From NCBI RefSeq assembly GCF_963853765.1, contig NC_088854.1, forward strand, positions 54,250,001 through 54,314,000: a stretch of 64,000 bases of DNA, in the 5' to 3' direction. Positions 13,501 to 23,874 of the stretch are shown here, piece after piece. The notes under the pieces were generated by a model. The model ran no database searches, had not been told where the DNA came from, and saw nothing but the letters and a program-made list of their open reading frames with translations. Source of the DNA: Magallana gigas. Lineage: Eukaryota. Made by a program: the position numbers and the translations under genes. The first letter of the stretch is position 1, and each line of letters begins with the position of its first letter.

Positions 13501-16479
13501 TTACAGACCCTGAAACGTACTACTACACCACACGCTCGCTGCACGCTCGCTACACGCTCGCTAAACGGTTCACACGAAACGCTGAACGGTTTACACGAAA
13601 CGCTGCACGCTTTGCCCGAAACGCTAAACGATTTACACGAAACGCTGAACGGTTTACACGAAACGATTCTCGGACGAAACGATTTGCTCGCTTTTCACAC
13701 GCTTTGGACACGCTTTTATCCTGATCGATTCGGGTCCTCTCGGATTTTTACCCTGACTCTGTTAGTAAGAATTAATTTTAAGAAAACACGAAAAAATAGA
13801 AATACCGATATTAGAAACATGTATGTACATAAGTATTGAATTGATTAATTAAATTTATTTGGTACTCAAATTTAAAGCAAAAAATTATTTATTCACAGAA
13901 TTAGCCAAAAATATTACTTCTATAAATATATTTATTGCTCAAAAGAAATATCCATGATTCTTATTAGTCCCGTAAATAATAAACATTCCAGAGAAAAAAG
14001 TAACCGTAACACAGTATTCAATACCAAAAATAAAATCCGTATGATTACAAACTGAAATCGGTTTTTCAGTATTCGGCGGGGTTTGTTTTTTCTTCTCACA
14101 TTAATATTTTTATTGGTTTCAGAGAAAACGATGTAAGAATACTAACTGTAAATATACCTGTAATTATTTACATTGACTTCATAATTTGGTTTTTCAGTAT
14201 TCGGCGGGGTTTGTTTTTTTCTTCTCACATTTATATTTTTATTGGTTTCAGAGAATACGATGTAAAAATACTAACTGTAAATAAGCCTGTCATTATTTAC
14301 ATTGATAATTTTGAAAGTTATGTAAAATAAAATTAGTCACATAAGTAAGAAAAATGTTATAAAACAACCGATTAATATTTTTTTATGTCGAATCATTCGC
14401 GTAAATAAATGTTCCGTACATAACATCACAGAGAATAATCCATGGATTAAACAATAAAGAAAGTTGTCATTACTATTTTGGATTTCGGAAAGAACAAAAA
14501 ATAAAAAATGATTTAGATTTTTGTCTCAATATTCGTATACATTACCGTCGCCCCGCATAACGGCGTACAATATATCTATCATAATCTATTTGAATTAAGT
14601 AACATGCATATAGATTCCAATAATAATTAATTGCATGTGTACATTTTAGGAAAATTTCAGTGTGTTAATTACTTGTTGTTTTCCGTTATCAGTGTTTAAA
14701 TAATTAAAATAATAACTTGTAGAAATATTTTTAATCGGGATTCAGAAGAATTTACTTCCCGCATTTCATAGAAATGAACAGAATATTTTCTTACTGTTTA
14801 TTTAATTTTGTTCAAATTAATGTTAAATAATATATCATTGAAATTGTGTGCATCATCAAATACTGATTCCGACTACCTTGAAGTCATTAAATTTCTATTG
14901 GCTATTGACAAAAAAAGAGACGCGTGACCATCCAATGAAAACGAATACACAGAGTTTGATTGACAGGTTCAGCCAGGTGCAGGTCTTTCCCGATGTCCGA
15001 GGTTATGTGTACTGGTTGTACACAGCCGAATAGTCTCAGTAACTAGTCTTCTTTCAATCCGCGTACTTTTCTTTTGTTTGTTAAAAATTAATTCAATTTT
15101 GTAAAAAGATAAGTATATCATTTCTTATAGATTTTTTTCACGAGAATATCTCAAATGAGTTTTGCCAATCAGTTTAAAGTAATGTTTAACACGAGCGCTA
15201 TTTTGAAACAATTAAATTGTCAGAGAGTTCCGAATGAAATCTGATGAACGTTTCACACGGTTCTCGCACGCTTTGCCCGAAACGATTTACACGCTTTGCC
15301 CGAAACGCTGCACGCTTTGCCCGAAACGCTAAACGGTTTACACGAAACGCTTCACGATTCACACGAAACGCTAAACGGTTTACACGAAACGCTAAACGGT
15401 TTACACGAAACGTTTCTCGCACGAAAGTCGCACGCTTTTTTGGTGTAGTAGTACGTTTCAGGGTCTGTATTTAGATTTTTATTCTTCAAATTCACTTTAA
15501 CTCGACGCCATTGTGGCCCTTCAGGCCTTTGATTTAAACTAAAGTGTCACACCCTCTTCAAAGGGGAGATTATTTGGAATTATTGAAAATTTATATTTTA
15601 AAAAATCTTCTTAGCAACCATTTGGCCAAAAAGCTCAAACTTGTGTGGAAGCATCTTGGTGTTGTGTAGATTCAAGTTTCCTCATTAATCAAGGTCCCCA
15701 GGGGTAGGGTTTGGCCACAATGGAGGGGATGAAGTTTTACATAGAAATATATAAAGAAAATCTTTGACAGACTTCTCAAAATCTATTCAGCAAGAAAATC
15801 TTGAAAAATCTTGAATTAAGTGGAAGCATCCTTGGGTAGTGTATGTTCAAGTTTGTTCAAACAATGGTCCCTCGGGTTAGGATGGGGCCCGATAAGAATC
15901 AATTTTTAACTAGGAAGAAATAGAGAAAATTCTTTTAAAATCTTCTCAAACGGGTGAATTTTTACATAGGAAGAAGAAAAGAAAAATCTGGAAAAAGCAT
16001 TCAGCCAAAAATGCTGAAACTTGTGTGAAAGCAAAGGTTGTGCAGATTAAAGTTTGATCAAATCGTGATTCCTTGAAGAAAGTGGGGCCACAGAGGGGGG
16101 GGGGGGGGGGGGGGGGGTTCAGAGAAAATCTCACAAATACTAAAACAACAAAAAGGACTTAATATTGATCATAGAAATATGTGGATGGATATCAGAATTT
16201 TTTTTTTACTTTTTGTGCAAGATCTACTATATTAAATTGTCAAGATATTTTGAATTTGATACTGTAATGCTGATTCGATTGCCTATTTTTGCACAGGTGA
16301 GTGTTGTGGCCCTTTGGCCTCTTAAGCATTTTTTGGGGGGGGGACATTCTACAGAGTCAATTAAAGAATATATTTCCTTTTTTCTGTCATTTTATTAGAA
16401 GCTGGATGATATACACATGGCATTAGATGCTCAGAAAAAAGCAACACAAACTCTGCAAAGGAAACAGCAAGAGGACTGA
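4250..16479 (+). CDS. Uncharacterised multi-exon protein-coding gene ('gene 1'); Ser/Thr-rich N-terminal half, helical/coiled-coil-like C-terminal part; 5' end unresolved
   Basis: Eight GT-AG exons join in phase into one open frame: 4250-4523, 4926-5056, 6281-6432, 6984-7140, 10074-10225, 11261-11390, 11765-11905, 16399-16479 (TGA). Total 1218 nt, 405 aa; first in-frame ATG at 4310. No family recognised. Confidence 0.75.
4567..4820. repeat. Intronic minisatellite, ~23-bp unit GTGCAACACTATTGTGTATGTCA
   Basis: About 10 degenerate copies just downstream of the donor at 4524. Confidence 0.9.
4926..5056 (+). CDS. gene 1 coding exon (WNQDQAYIPW...DLWNE)
   Basis: TGTAG acceptor, GAG|GTATGT donor; phase 1 to 0, compatible with both neighbours. 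Confidence 0.75.
5057..5630. repeat. Intronic minisatellite, 27-bp unit GGTAGAGGAGCTTTGTTGTCAGTCAAT
   Basis: About 17 well-conserved copies at 5160-5630, with degenerate copies back to the donor at 5057; explains ORFs 5052-5621 and 5144-5614. Confidence 0.95.
5904..6123. mobile_element. TA-flanked MITE (Tc1/mariner-type) plus a second 3' fragment to 6232
   Basis: TIRs TACTGGGGAATCATTAAAATTTGTGG / CCACAAAATCTAATGATTCCACAGTA; a second ...GACTCCACAGTA end at 6221-6232. Confidence 0.75.
6281..6432 (+). CDS. gene 1 coding exon (SSSDSTDFMLNWLKDIP...AVYAR)
   Basis: TTACAG acceptor, AAG|GTATGG donor; phase 0 to 2. Confidence 0.75.
6984..7140 (+). CDS. gene 1 coding exon (STHCTSSMSVCSDK...ATANQ)
   Basis: TTGAAG acceptor, CAG|GTAATC donor; phase 2 to 0. 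Confidence 0.7.
7680..9690 (+). mobile_element. Internally deleted pogo/Tigger-like DNA transposon relic, interrupted by an insertion at 8457-9653
   Basis: 8040-8270 translates REQENTHKSDDE...YV*KKPNVTD...KKKQTKLTDFFN*, ending in the QxxLxxFF motif typical of pogo-family transposase C-termini. Right end ...GAGTAGGCTGTA. Left boundary approximate. Confidence 0.65.
8457..9653. mobile_element. Non-autonomous hAT-like TIR element with a 6-bp target site duplication
   Basis: TIR CAGGGCTCACACTG / CAGCGTGAGCCCTG (13 of 14 match); flanked by TGGTCC on both sides (8451-8456, 9654-9659); subterminal TGTCGCA repeats. Confidence 0.8.
9780..9991. mobile_element. TA-flanked MITE (TGTAAACCAACTTT TIR family)
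   Basis: TATTGTAAACCAACTTTTA ... TAAAGTTGGTTTATAGTA; related copy at 17099-17290. Confidence 0.75.
10074..10225 (+). CDS. gene 1 coding exon (GFSARTPMTATT...TGCYD)
   Basis: TTTGCAG acceptor, AA|GTAATT donor; phase 0 to 2; open frame. Confidence 0.75.
10366..10460. repeat. ~95-bp imperfect palindrome, probably the end of a hairpin-bearing non-autonomous element
   Basis: CTGGGATATGAACTTGGTT ... AACCAAGTTCATATCCCAG. Confidence 0.75.
10810..11275 (+). repeat. Minisatellite (~43-bp unit, 123-bp higher-order unit) made of duplicated splice acceptor + exon start
   Basis: ACAG|GTCA junctions with GT at 10884, 10928, 10972, 11015, 11095, 11138, 11218 and 11261 (the real exon). Confidence 0.95.
11261..11390 (+). 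CDS. gene 1 coding exon (SEMGLQDYVCQELSRLERQAQ...LQISL)
   Basis: TTTTACAG acceptor (last of a tandem series), CTG|GTAACA donor; phase 2 to 0. Confidence 0.75.
11765..11905 (+). CDS. gene 1 coding exon (EDGSMFETPH...ATTKGM)
   Basis: GTTGCAG acceptor, ATG|GTAAAT donor; phase 0 to 0. Confidence 0.75.
12271..15535 (+). mobile_element. Second Helentron-type element nested in the first
   Basis: Subterminal inverted repeat ATGGCGTCGAG (12276) / CTCGACGCCAT (15501-15511), 3' short palindrome GGCCCTTCAGGCC, T-rich ends with no TSD. Confidence 0.8.
13502..15469. mobile_element. TA-flanked TIR element with subterminal 21-bp tandem arrays (foldback-like)
   Basis: TACAGACCCTGAAACGTACTACTACACCA / TGGTGTAGTAGTACGTTTCAGGGTCTGTA; ACACGAAACGCTAAACGGTTT arrays at ~13530-13720 and ~15245-15440; internal 128-bp duplication at 14061-14310. 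Confidence 0.9.
16399..16479 (+). CDS. gene 1 probable last coding exon (KLDDIHMALDAQKKATQTLQRKQQED*)
   Basis: TTTTATTAG acceptor; phase 0 reads open to TGA at 16477-16479; followed by AT-rich UTR-like sequence with AATAAA motifs. Confidence 0.6.
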   Translation, partial: KLDDIHMALDAQKKATQTLQRKQQED

Positions 16480-17098
16480 AGAATTAAAGTGGCTGAAAAC
16501 TAAGCATCTGAAAAGAATGCTATTAAGAAACAGAAGTGATTTATGATCATTTGTATTTACATTGTATTTGATTATCAATATATTTTGTTATTTTAATATC
16601 TATTTCAATATTTTAACCACTTGTTTAACAAAGTGTGAGCATTAGACTATTGATCTCTACAATGTAGGGTAAGGAAAATACTATGTATCTTCTGAAATTT
16701 GAATTCATTATGAAATCTGTTGGGTCATGTCTACCATGTGGACGTAAGCTGTCGCATTTTAGAAACACAAAGATTTGTTCATATATCCTTAAAATATACT
16801 GGTAATAGTAATCAACAAATTTATATCATTTCAATCATTTTGGACACGTACATTTTATTTAGCCATATTAAATACACATTATTCTCTCTAAATATGAATT
16901 TTTTAAAGACATGGAATATATAAATATTTAAGACAGCACTTGTACATTACTGCTTTTATTAGAAGTTAAAATTACTGAAAATTGCATTTGCCTTATATTG
17001 GTTTGAATATCAAGAATTGTGATTTATAAATGTGTTTTGTATCAAAACTGTAACTATAATGTATAACAAAATATCTGGTCCTTGTGATGGGTTTGAGG

Positions 17099-17290
17099 TG
17101 CTGTAAACCAACTCTTATGTTGTGCAAGAAAATTTCAGAACTTTGCAAATATTATTGCCTGTCTTGTTTTGTCTGATATGTTAAGATTTTACTTTAAAAG
17201 CCTCGATTTGAAAAAGGATTTGTCGGAATATTGGTAATCATTGGCCAATCGAAAAATAAAGTTGTGGTGAATAAAAGTTGGTTTACTGTT
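17099..17290. mobile_element. Degenerate MITE of the TGTAAACCAAC TIR family
   Basis: CTGTAAACCAACTCTTA ... TAAAAGTTGGTTTACTG. Confidence 0.6.
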
Positions 17291-19603
17291 ATGTATGGAA
17301 TATTTTTTTTCTGACAATACTTTTTATTTCTTTGATTTACATGTAGCTACTTGTTCAACATTGTAATTGAATGAAGAAAGGAATGAGAATGAATAAAGGC
17401 GTTCTTATGGAAACAAATATTGGGTCATACTCCCGTTTTCCTGGGTTTTTTCTATGGGCATACCACTTCTTTTTGGATAAAATCTAAAAATTAACAGTTA
17501 AATTAGAAAGTGGATTTTTCTGGTTTCACTAAGAACAAGATTTGATGAAGTAATAGTTGAGCTTGTGTTAATTAGCTTTAATACCTTTGGTTAAAAATCC
17601 CATAAACAATCACTTGCCATAGATATTATACAAATTTAAAGATTATGTGCATTTATAATGTTTCTACATTTATATCATTAACATTTTCCGACTTCACTTT
17701 CCAGTTTAATATGAAATTCATTCAGGTTAAATCCTTCTTTGATTTTTTGCATTATACTTTCAATATTGTTTGGTTCATGTTCATACAGTTGTTGTTATTG
17801 GTAACAGCTATTTTGGTCCATATGACTGGTTATTTAATCACCTACACCAGGTATAGGACTTCAGCATATGTGTATGAATGGAAACTGTTCTTTAATATTA
17901 AGAAAATTCTGTGAATTTTTTACCAAGACAGCTTTGCTATCTTATTAAATTCTATCTACATGTTTTAGTATATTTTACCAACCAGTGTCATACATTCTTT
18001 TTTCTTTATAAATTCAAAATGTGTATGACAAATATTTTTTATAGAACTTGTTTATTCTGTTCCTTTTATTGAATTGTTGTAAACTTCCATCAGTGAAATA
18101 ATAGAGTGCTTATTATGTACCTTCTGACTGTTTGTCCCAGATATATACGTGTAGCATGTCTTTGACACAGGGAACAACTGCCTTCCATATCAAAATATGA
18201 CACATATGTGACACACATACTGCTCTTTTAGTCTTTGGTTGTCATTTTCCACAAACTTTAAGTCCAGTTGGTGACTTATTTTACATACACATGTATATAG
18301 AATCAACCTGATGTTGGTGGATTACATAAAGTCTCGCAGCAACTGAAGTGTAATGTATTGTTGGCCCTTTTTAGTACAAAGAGGTTGATCAGTGTGTTTG
18401 GATGAAGTTTTTTTTGCCAGAAACTCGAGACTTATTGGATTATTCTGATGCAATTTGATATTCAATATCTGAGTGTTATGTTTGATTTTTTTCTTTCGTA
18501 AATAAAACAAAAGAAGATTGCATGCTTGGTTTTTTTTTTCTGCTACACTCATGCACATTCCTTATACGATAAGCGAGTACTTAATTCCGCGTTCCTACTG
18601 TTTTGTATCAAATCGCGAGAAATAAAATCGCAAACGCGGAATATTTATCCATATTTTATTATAGTTCTCAACTCTTACAAAAAAATTGCAAGGTTTAAAA
18701 TCTGCGAGGGGTGCTTCGGATATAAATTACTCACGTTTAATTAGAACTTACAGTATCAAATCTGCTCTTCATATTGTTACATTAGGACAAGGTGTTTACA
18801 ATGTTATTGACATGATTGTTTTATACATGTATTCTAACAAATTACTGAGTAACAAACTAGTGATCAACTCAATTCAAACGATAGTGCAAGACAATAACGT
18901 AAAAAAAAAATGGAGAAACGACATAATGTCGTTTGATATTTTTTAGATATTAAAAAAACGCATATTGAGGGGTTGGAAAAATGTGTTGAAAAAAATCATT
19001 CTTCAAAAATATTTCTCGTCTGACAGACTGACGAAAAAGGTGTCAAGATGATTTTAGAATATGCGTGTTCGTCCAGCTGGCTGTCCCATCAGTAAACTTT
19101 TTCACATTTCTTTTCCTCCCAAACAAGCCTTTCAATAATTTCATTAAACGTTAACACAAATTATATTTGGGTAATGGGAATTAAATTGATGGACTATGCC
19201 CTATTCTAAGGGGAGATAATTATAGATATTTAAAAATTTATTTGATTGCTTTAAATATCTCAAAACTCATTTGGTAGAAAATCTGAAACTTGTATGAAAG
19301 CGTCCGAAGTAATATATATTCAGATTTGTTCAAATCATTACCCCTGGGGTAGGATGGTGCCAGGATGAGGGAGGATGATTTTTTTTTTTACTATCGATGG
19401 CTATTTGTAACCGGTGACTCGGTCGGTTACAGGTTACAATATCTGATAATCATTATTATTTATCAGTAATCGGTTAGTAGAATTAGAAAATTTATTATTG
19501 GAACGCAATTTAATTACAGATTTGATTTTACATTTTCTTCCAGTCATTGATATCTTTTCAAGTTAAATTATTATTTTATCAAGTTTCAGTGTGTTTAATT
19601 TAC

Positions 19604-19666
<63 letters not shown>

Positions 19667-21523
19667 TGTCGTCGGCGTTGGCGTTGTCGTTGTCGGCGGC
19701 GTTGTCGTTGTAAACTGTTCACATTTTCTTCTTCTTCTCTAGAACCACTGGGCAGATTTCAACCAAATTTGGCACAAAGCATCACTGAGTGAAGGGGATT
19801 CAAGTTTGTTCGAACGTAGGGCCACGCCCTCTTTAAAGGAGAGATAATTGAGAATTATTGAAAATTTGTTGGTATTTTTCAAAAATCTTCTCAAAAACTA
19901 TTTGTCCAGAAAAGCTTAAACTTGTGTGGAGGCATCCTCAGGTTGTGTAGATTCAAGTTTGTTCAAATCATGGTCCCCATGGGTAGGGTGGGGCCACAAT
20001 AGGGGGATCAAGTTTTTACATAGGAATATATATAGATAAAATCTTTAAAAATCTTCTTCTCAAAAACTATTTGGCCAGAAAAGCTCAAATTAAAATAGAA
20101 GCATCCTCAGGTTGTGTAGATTCAAGTTTGTTCAAATCATGGTCCTCGGGGGTAGGGTGGGGCCACAACAGAGGGATCAAGTTTTACATTGGAATATATA
20201 GAGAAAATCTTTAAAAATCTTCTCAAACACTATTAGGCCAGATAAGCTCAAATTAAAATGAAAGCATCCTCAGGTAGTGTAGATTCAAGTTTGTTCAAAT
20301 CATAGTCCCTGGAGGTAGGGTGGGGCCACAATAGGGGAATAAAGTTTTACATAGGAATATATAGAGAAAATCTTTAAAAATCTTCTTCTCAAAAACTATT
20401 AGGCCAGAAAAGCTAAAATTAAAATGAAAGCATCCTGAGGTAGTGTAGATTCAAGTTTCTTCAAATCATAGTCCCTGGGGGTATGGCGGGGCCACAATGG
20501 GGGAATGGATTTTTACATAGGAATATATAGAGAATATCTTTAAAAATCTTCTTCTCAAAAACTATTAGGCCAGGAAAGCTCAAATTTGACTGGAATCATC
20601 CTCAGATAATGTAGATTCAAGTTTGTTCAAATCATGGTCCCCGGGGGTAGGGTGGGGCCACAATTGGGGTATGAATTTTTATAAAGGAATATATAGAGAA
20701 AATCTTTTAAAAAAACTTTTTTTTAAAACTATTAGACTAGGAAAGCTCAAATTGGCGTGTAAGCATCCTTAGATAGTGTAGATTCAAGTTTGTTCAAATC
20801 ATGGTTCCTGTGGGTAGGGCGGGGCCACAATGGGGGATAAATTTTTATATTTAGAGAAAATCTTTAAATATCTTCTTCTGAAAACTATTAGGCCAGGAAA
20901 GCCCAAATTTGAGTGGAAGCATCCCCAGGTCGTATAGGGTCAAGTTTGTTTAAATCATAGTCCGGTGACAGTGAGGCCACAATGGGGGGTTGAATTTTTA
21001 CATAGGAATATAAAGAGAAAATCTTTAAAAATCTTTTTAAAAACTATTTGGCCAGAAAAGCTTAAACTTGTGTAGAGGCATCCTCGGGTAGTGTATAAAT
21101 TCAAGTTTGCAAAATCATAGTCCCTGGGGGTAGGGCGGGGCCGCAATGGTGGGTTGAATTTTTACATAGGAATATATAGAGAAAATCTTTAAAAATATTC
21201 TTGGAATGTTTTCAGTCCAAAACTCAGTACTTTGTTTGAAACCTCAGGTTATGCAGATTTAAGTTTGATGAACCATGATTCCCTAGAGAAAAGTGGGGCC
21301 ACAAAATTGGGGGGGGGGTATATAGGATTAGAGAAAAATCTTCTTAGAGGTACAACAAAAGGGGCTTGGTATTTACCAAAAAAAGATGTGGATAAAAATT
21401 GGCAGATTTTTAGCAAGATCTACTGTACTTAGTTGTAAAGATATTTTGATTTCGATACTGTAATGCTAATTTGATCAGAGTTAAGGCTCAGGTGAGCGAT
21501 GTGGCCCCTGGGCCTCTTGTTTT
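19604..21523 (+). mobile_element. Intact Helentron-type element carrying ~8-9 tandem ~166-bp Cg170/HindIII-like satellite monomers
   Basis: 5' T-run + AGCTCACCTGAGC, (GTC/GGCGTT)n microsatellite, monomers marked by ATTCAAGTTT at 19951, 20120, 20283, 20449, 20615 and 20782, 3' GCTCAGGTGAGCGATGTGGCCCCTGGGCCTCTTG + T-run. This is the known architecture of oyster Helitron/Helentron-derived elements. Confidence 0.92.
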
Positions 21524-21914
21524 AAATTTAATACAAAAATTTATTACAGAGCAGATTCATTTGTGTATGTTTGGTACATACATGGAGCTATTGCACAATC
21601 ATAAAGGATATACATTGATATTATTTTAAATGGAATATCTTAAACTTGTCTCAGGCTAACTTTAATCGGTCTTTCTCCTTTTAGTTTATAAATGACTTGC
21701 AGACAAGGAAATGATTTCCCGTCGTTGTTTTCGATTTTTCTTTTAAATATATAAAATAATAAACAACATGTATGATAATTTCTGATATTCAGGTTAATTA
21801 ACTGTCTAAAAGTATTCCTGTTTTGCTTTCTGTGGCATTTATGATACGAATAACCGTTAATCGGTCGGAATTAAATACAATTAACAGATTAGCAGCCGAT
21901 CGTCTTGCATAATT

Positions 21915-23277
21915 TTTACATATGTATAAATAGAGAAAAATTCTCAAAAACTATTTAATCAGAGAAGCAGAAACTTATGTGGAAGCATCCTAAGGTAATG
22001 TAAATTGAAGTCTGTTGAAATCATGATCCCCGGGGATAGGGTATCGCCACAATGGGAGTTGGGTTTTTACATAGGAATTAATAGAGAAAAATATTTTTTA
22101 AATTTTTGTCTCAAAAACCATACATTTATATAGTAAATTGTGACCTCTGGACCAGTACAGGGTTCCTATGAGTAGTTCTAAATTTAATATTGGGTTTTTA
22201 ATTGTTCAAACGATGACTCACAAACCTACACTGTGGTCTCTGGAGAGGTTAGAATCAGAATAAGAATGTGTATTAAATCTGGGTTTTTTTTTAAAAACCA
22301 GGCCGATTTAAAAAAAAAAAAAACTTTGCACAAAGCATCCTTAAGTGAATGAGATTTAAATTTGGTAAAATGAAGGACCAAGTCCTCTTCCGAAGGGAGA
22401 CGATTAAGAATTATGGAAAATTTGTTGGTATCTTTCAAAAATCTTCTCAAAAACCAATTGACCAGAAGCGCTATAACTTGTGTGGAACCATCCTCAGGTA
22501 GGTTAGATTTAAGTTTGTTCAAATCATGATCCCCAGGAGAAGGATAGGGCCTCGATTGGGGGGGGGGGGGGGTCACACTTTTACATTGGAATATATAACT
22601 TTTTTAAATTCTTCTTTTAAAAAACCAACTGGTCAGTTGTAACTTGTGTGGAAGCATCCTCACTTATGTAAGGTTCAAATCATGATCCTCGGGAGAAGGT
22701 TTGGCCCACGATGGGGGAGGGGTCGAAATATTACATAGAAATCTATCGAGTAAAATTTTTTAAAATCTTATCAAAAACTAATTCTCCAGAAAAGATGTAA
22801 CTTGTGTGGGAGCATTCTCAGGTAGTGTAGTTCAGGTTTGTTCAATGCTCTCCATGGGTAGGGTGTCGGCACAATGAGGGGTCGAATTTTTACATAGGAA
22901 TATATAGAGAATAGTTTAAGACAAAATTTTCTGACGAAAAACCACTTGGCCAAAAGCGCTGTAACTTGTGTGGAAGCATCCTCAGATAGGGTAGATTCCT
23001 ATTTGTTTCAATCTTAATCCCAGGGGGTAGGGTGTGGCGACAATGTGGGAAGGGGCCATTTTTACATGGGAAAAAATTTGAATTACTTTTTTAGCCTAAA
23101 TGATAATAATGATTGCCTTTACTTTTATATATATATTGAAAGAAAATATTTTAAAATCTTTTTATACAGGATCTATTCTGCTACATCGTCCAGATATTTT
23201 GTATATGACTTCATAAATCCGATTTCATTATGGCTATTGTAGCTCAGGTGGGCATTGTAGCCCATGGACCTCTTGTT
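21915..23277 (+). mobile_element. Older degenerate Cg170-type Helentron pieces
   Basis: Diverged monomers (GTGGAAGCATCCT..., AAATCATGATCCCC...) and a 3' end GCTCAGGTGGGCATTGTAGCCCATGGACCTCTTG; related fragments at 19060-19390 and 25340-25390. Confidence 0.8.
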
Positions 23278-23329
23278 CGTGGTATCTCATCAATTGCAGG
23301 TTGCTTTGTTTCTCTGGTCAACAGATTCG

Positions 23330-23573
23330 TAATGGACCCCCACTTTTTCTCGCAGCAACAAATTTTTTAAAATTTACATATAAAAAAATGAATTATAATG
23401 GAGTTGGCCCCCCCACTTTTTTAGAAGTAAGTAAAAAATTGATATGAAAATAAGGAAATGAGGAGTCAAATTCAAGTTAACCCCCCACCCCCTCACGGAT
23501 TAGGAATTTCATGATTTGAAATAAAAAATAAATTTGGTAGGGAAATTTTTTTTTTGGAAGGATACTTTAGTCT

Positions 23574-23607
<34 letters not shown>

Positions 23608-23735
23608 ATTAGGATTTTGAAGATTTTTGGAAACTTTAAATTTCCTTTTTTTTTTATTTTTGCTTGTCAAGATATTTTGGATGGGTCTGCCCCCCCCCCC
23701 CCCCCCACTTTCAAAAACGATGCTACGTGCCTGAA
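23330..23735. mobile_element. Partial non-autonomous DNA element with poly-C tracts
   Basis: Repeated CCCCCACTTT motifs; terminal-like GCTACGTGCCTG at ~23722-23733; no matching other end found. Confidence 0.4.
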
Positions 23736-23874
23736 AGGTATCGGGAGGGTGGCTGCTAGACGGCTTGAGGTAGAGATGAGAATAAGTGGGTTTTATATTC
23801 ATCGAGACTGAACTTTATAATAGTTATCTTCACATATATATGTCTTCAATTTAATTATTGGAAATTGTAAATTT

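Larger units (their letters stand above)
12011..16323 (+). mobile_element. Helentron-type (HINE) non-autonomous element with Cg170-like monomers, split by nested insertions
   Basis: 5' TTTTTAGCTCACCTGAGC; three 43-bp tandem copies at 12037-12165; monomers resume at 15536; 3' end GCACAGGTGAGTGTTGTGGCCCTTTGGCCTCTT. Colinear with the intact copy at 19604-21523. Confidence 0.85.

Noticed and set aside
13612-15474. Arg-rich repeat ORFs (FTRNAKR, RVNRLAF) and a VFPDVRG motif faintly like MULE transposase
   Set aside because: 21-bp array artefacts; the motif match is too short and the TA flanks do not fit MULE 9-bp TSDs.
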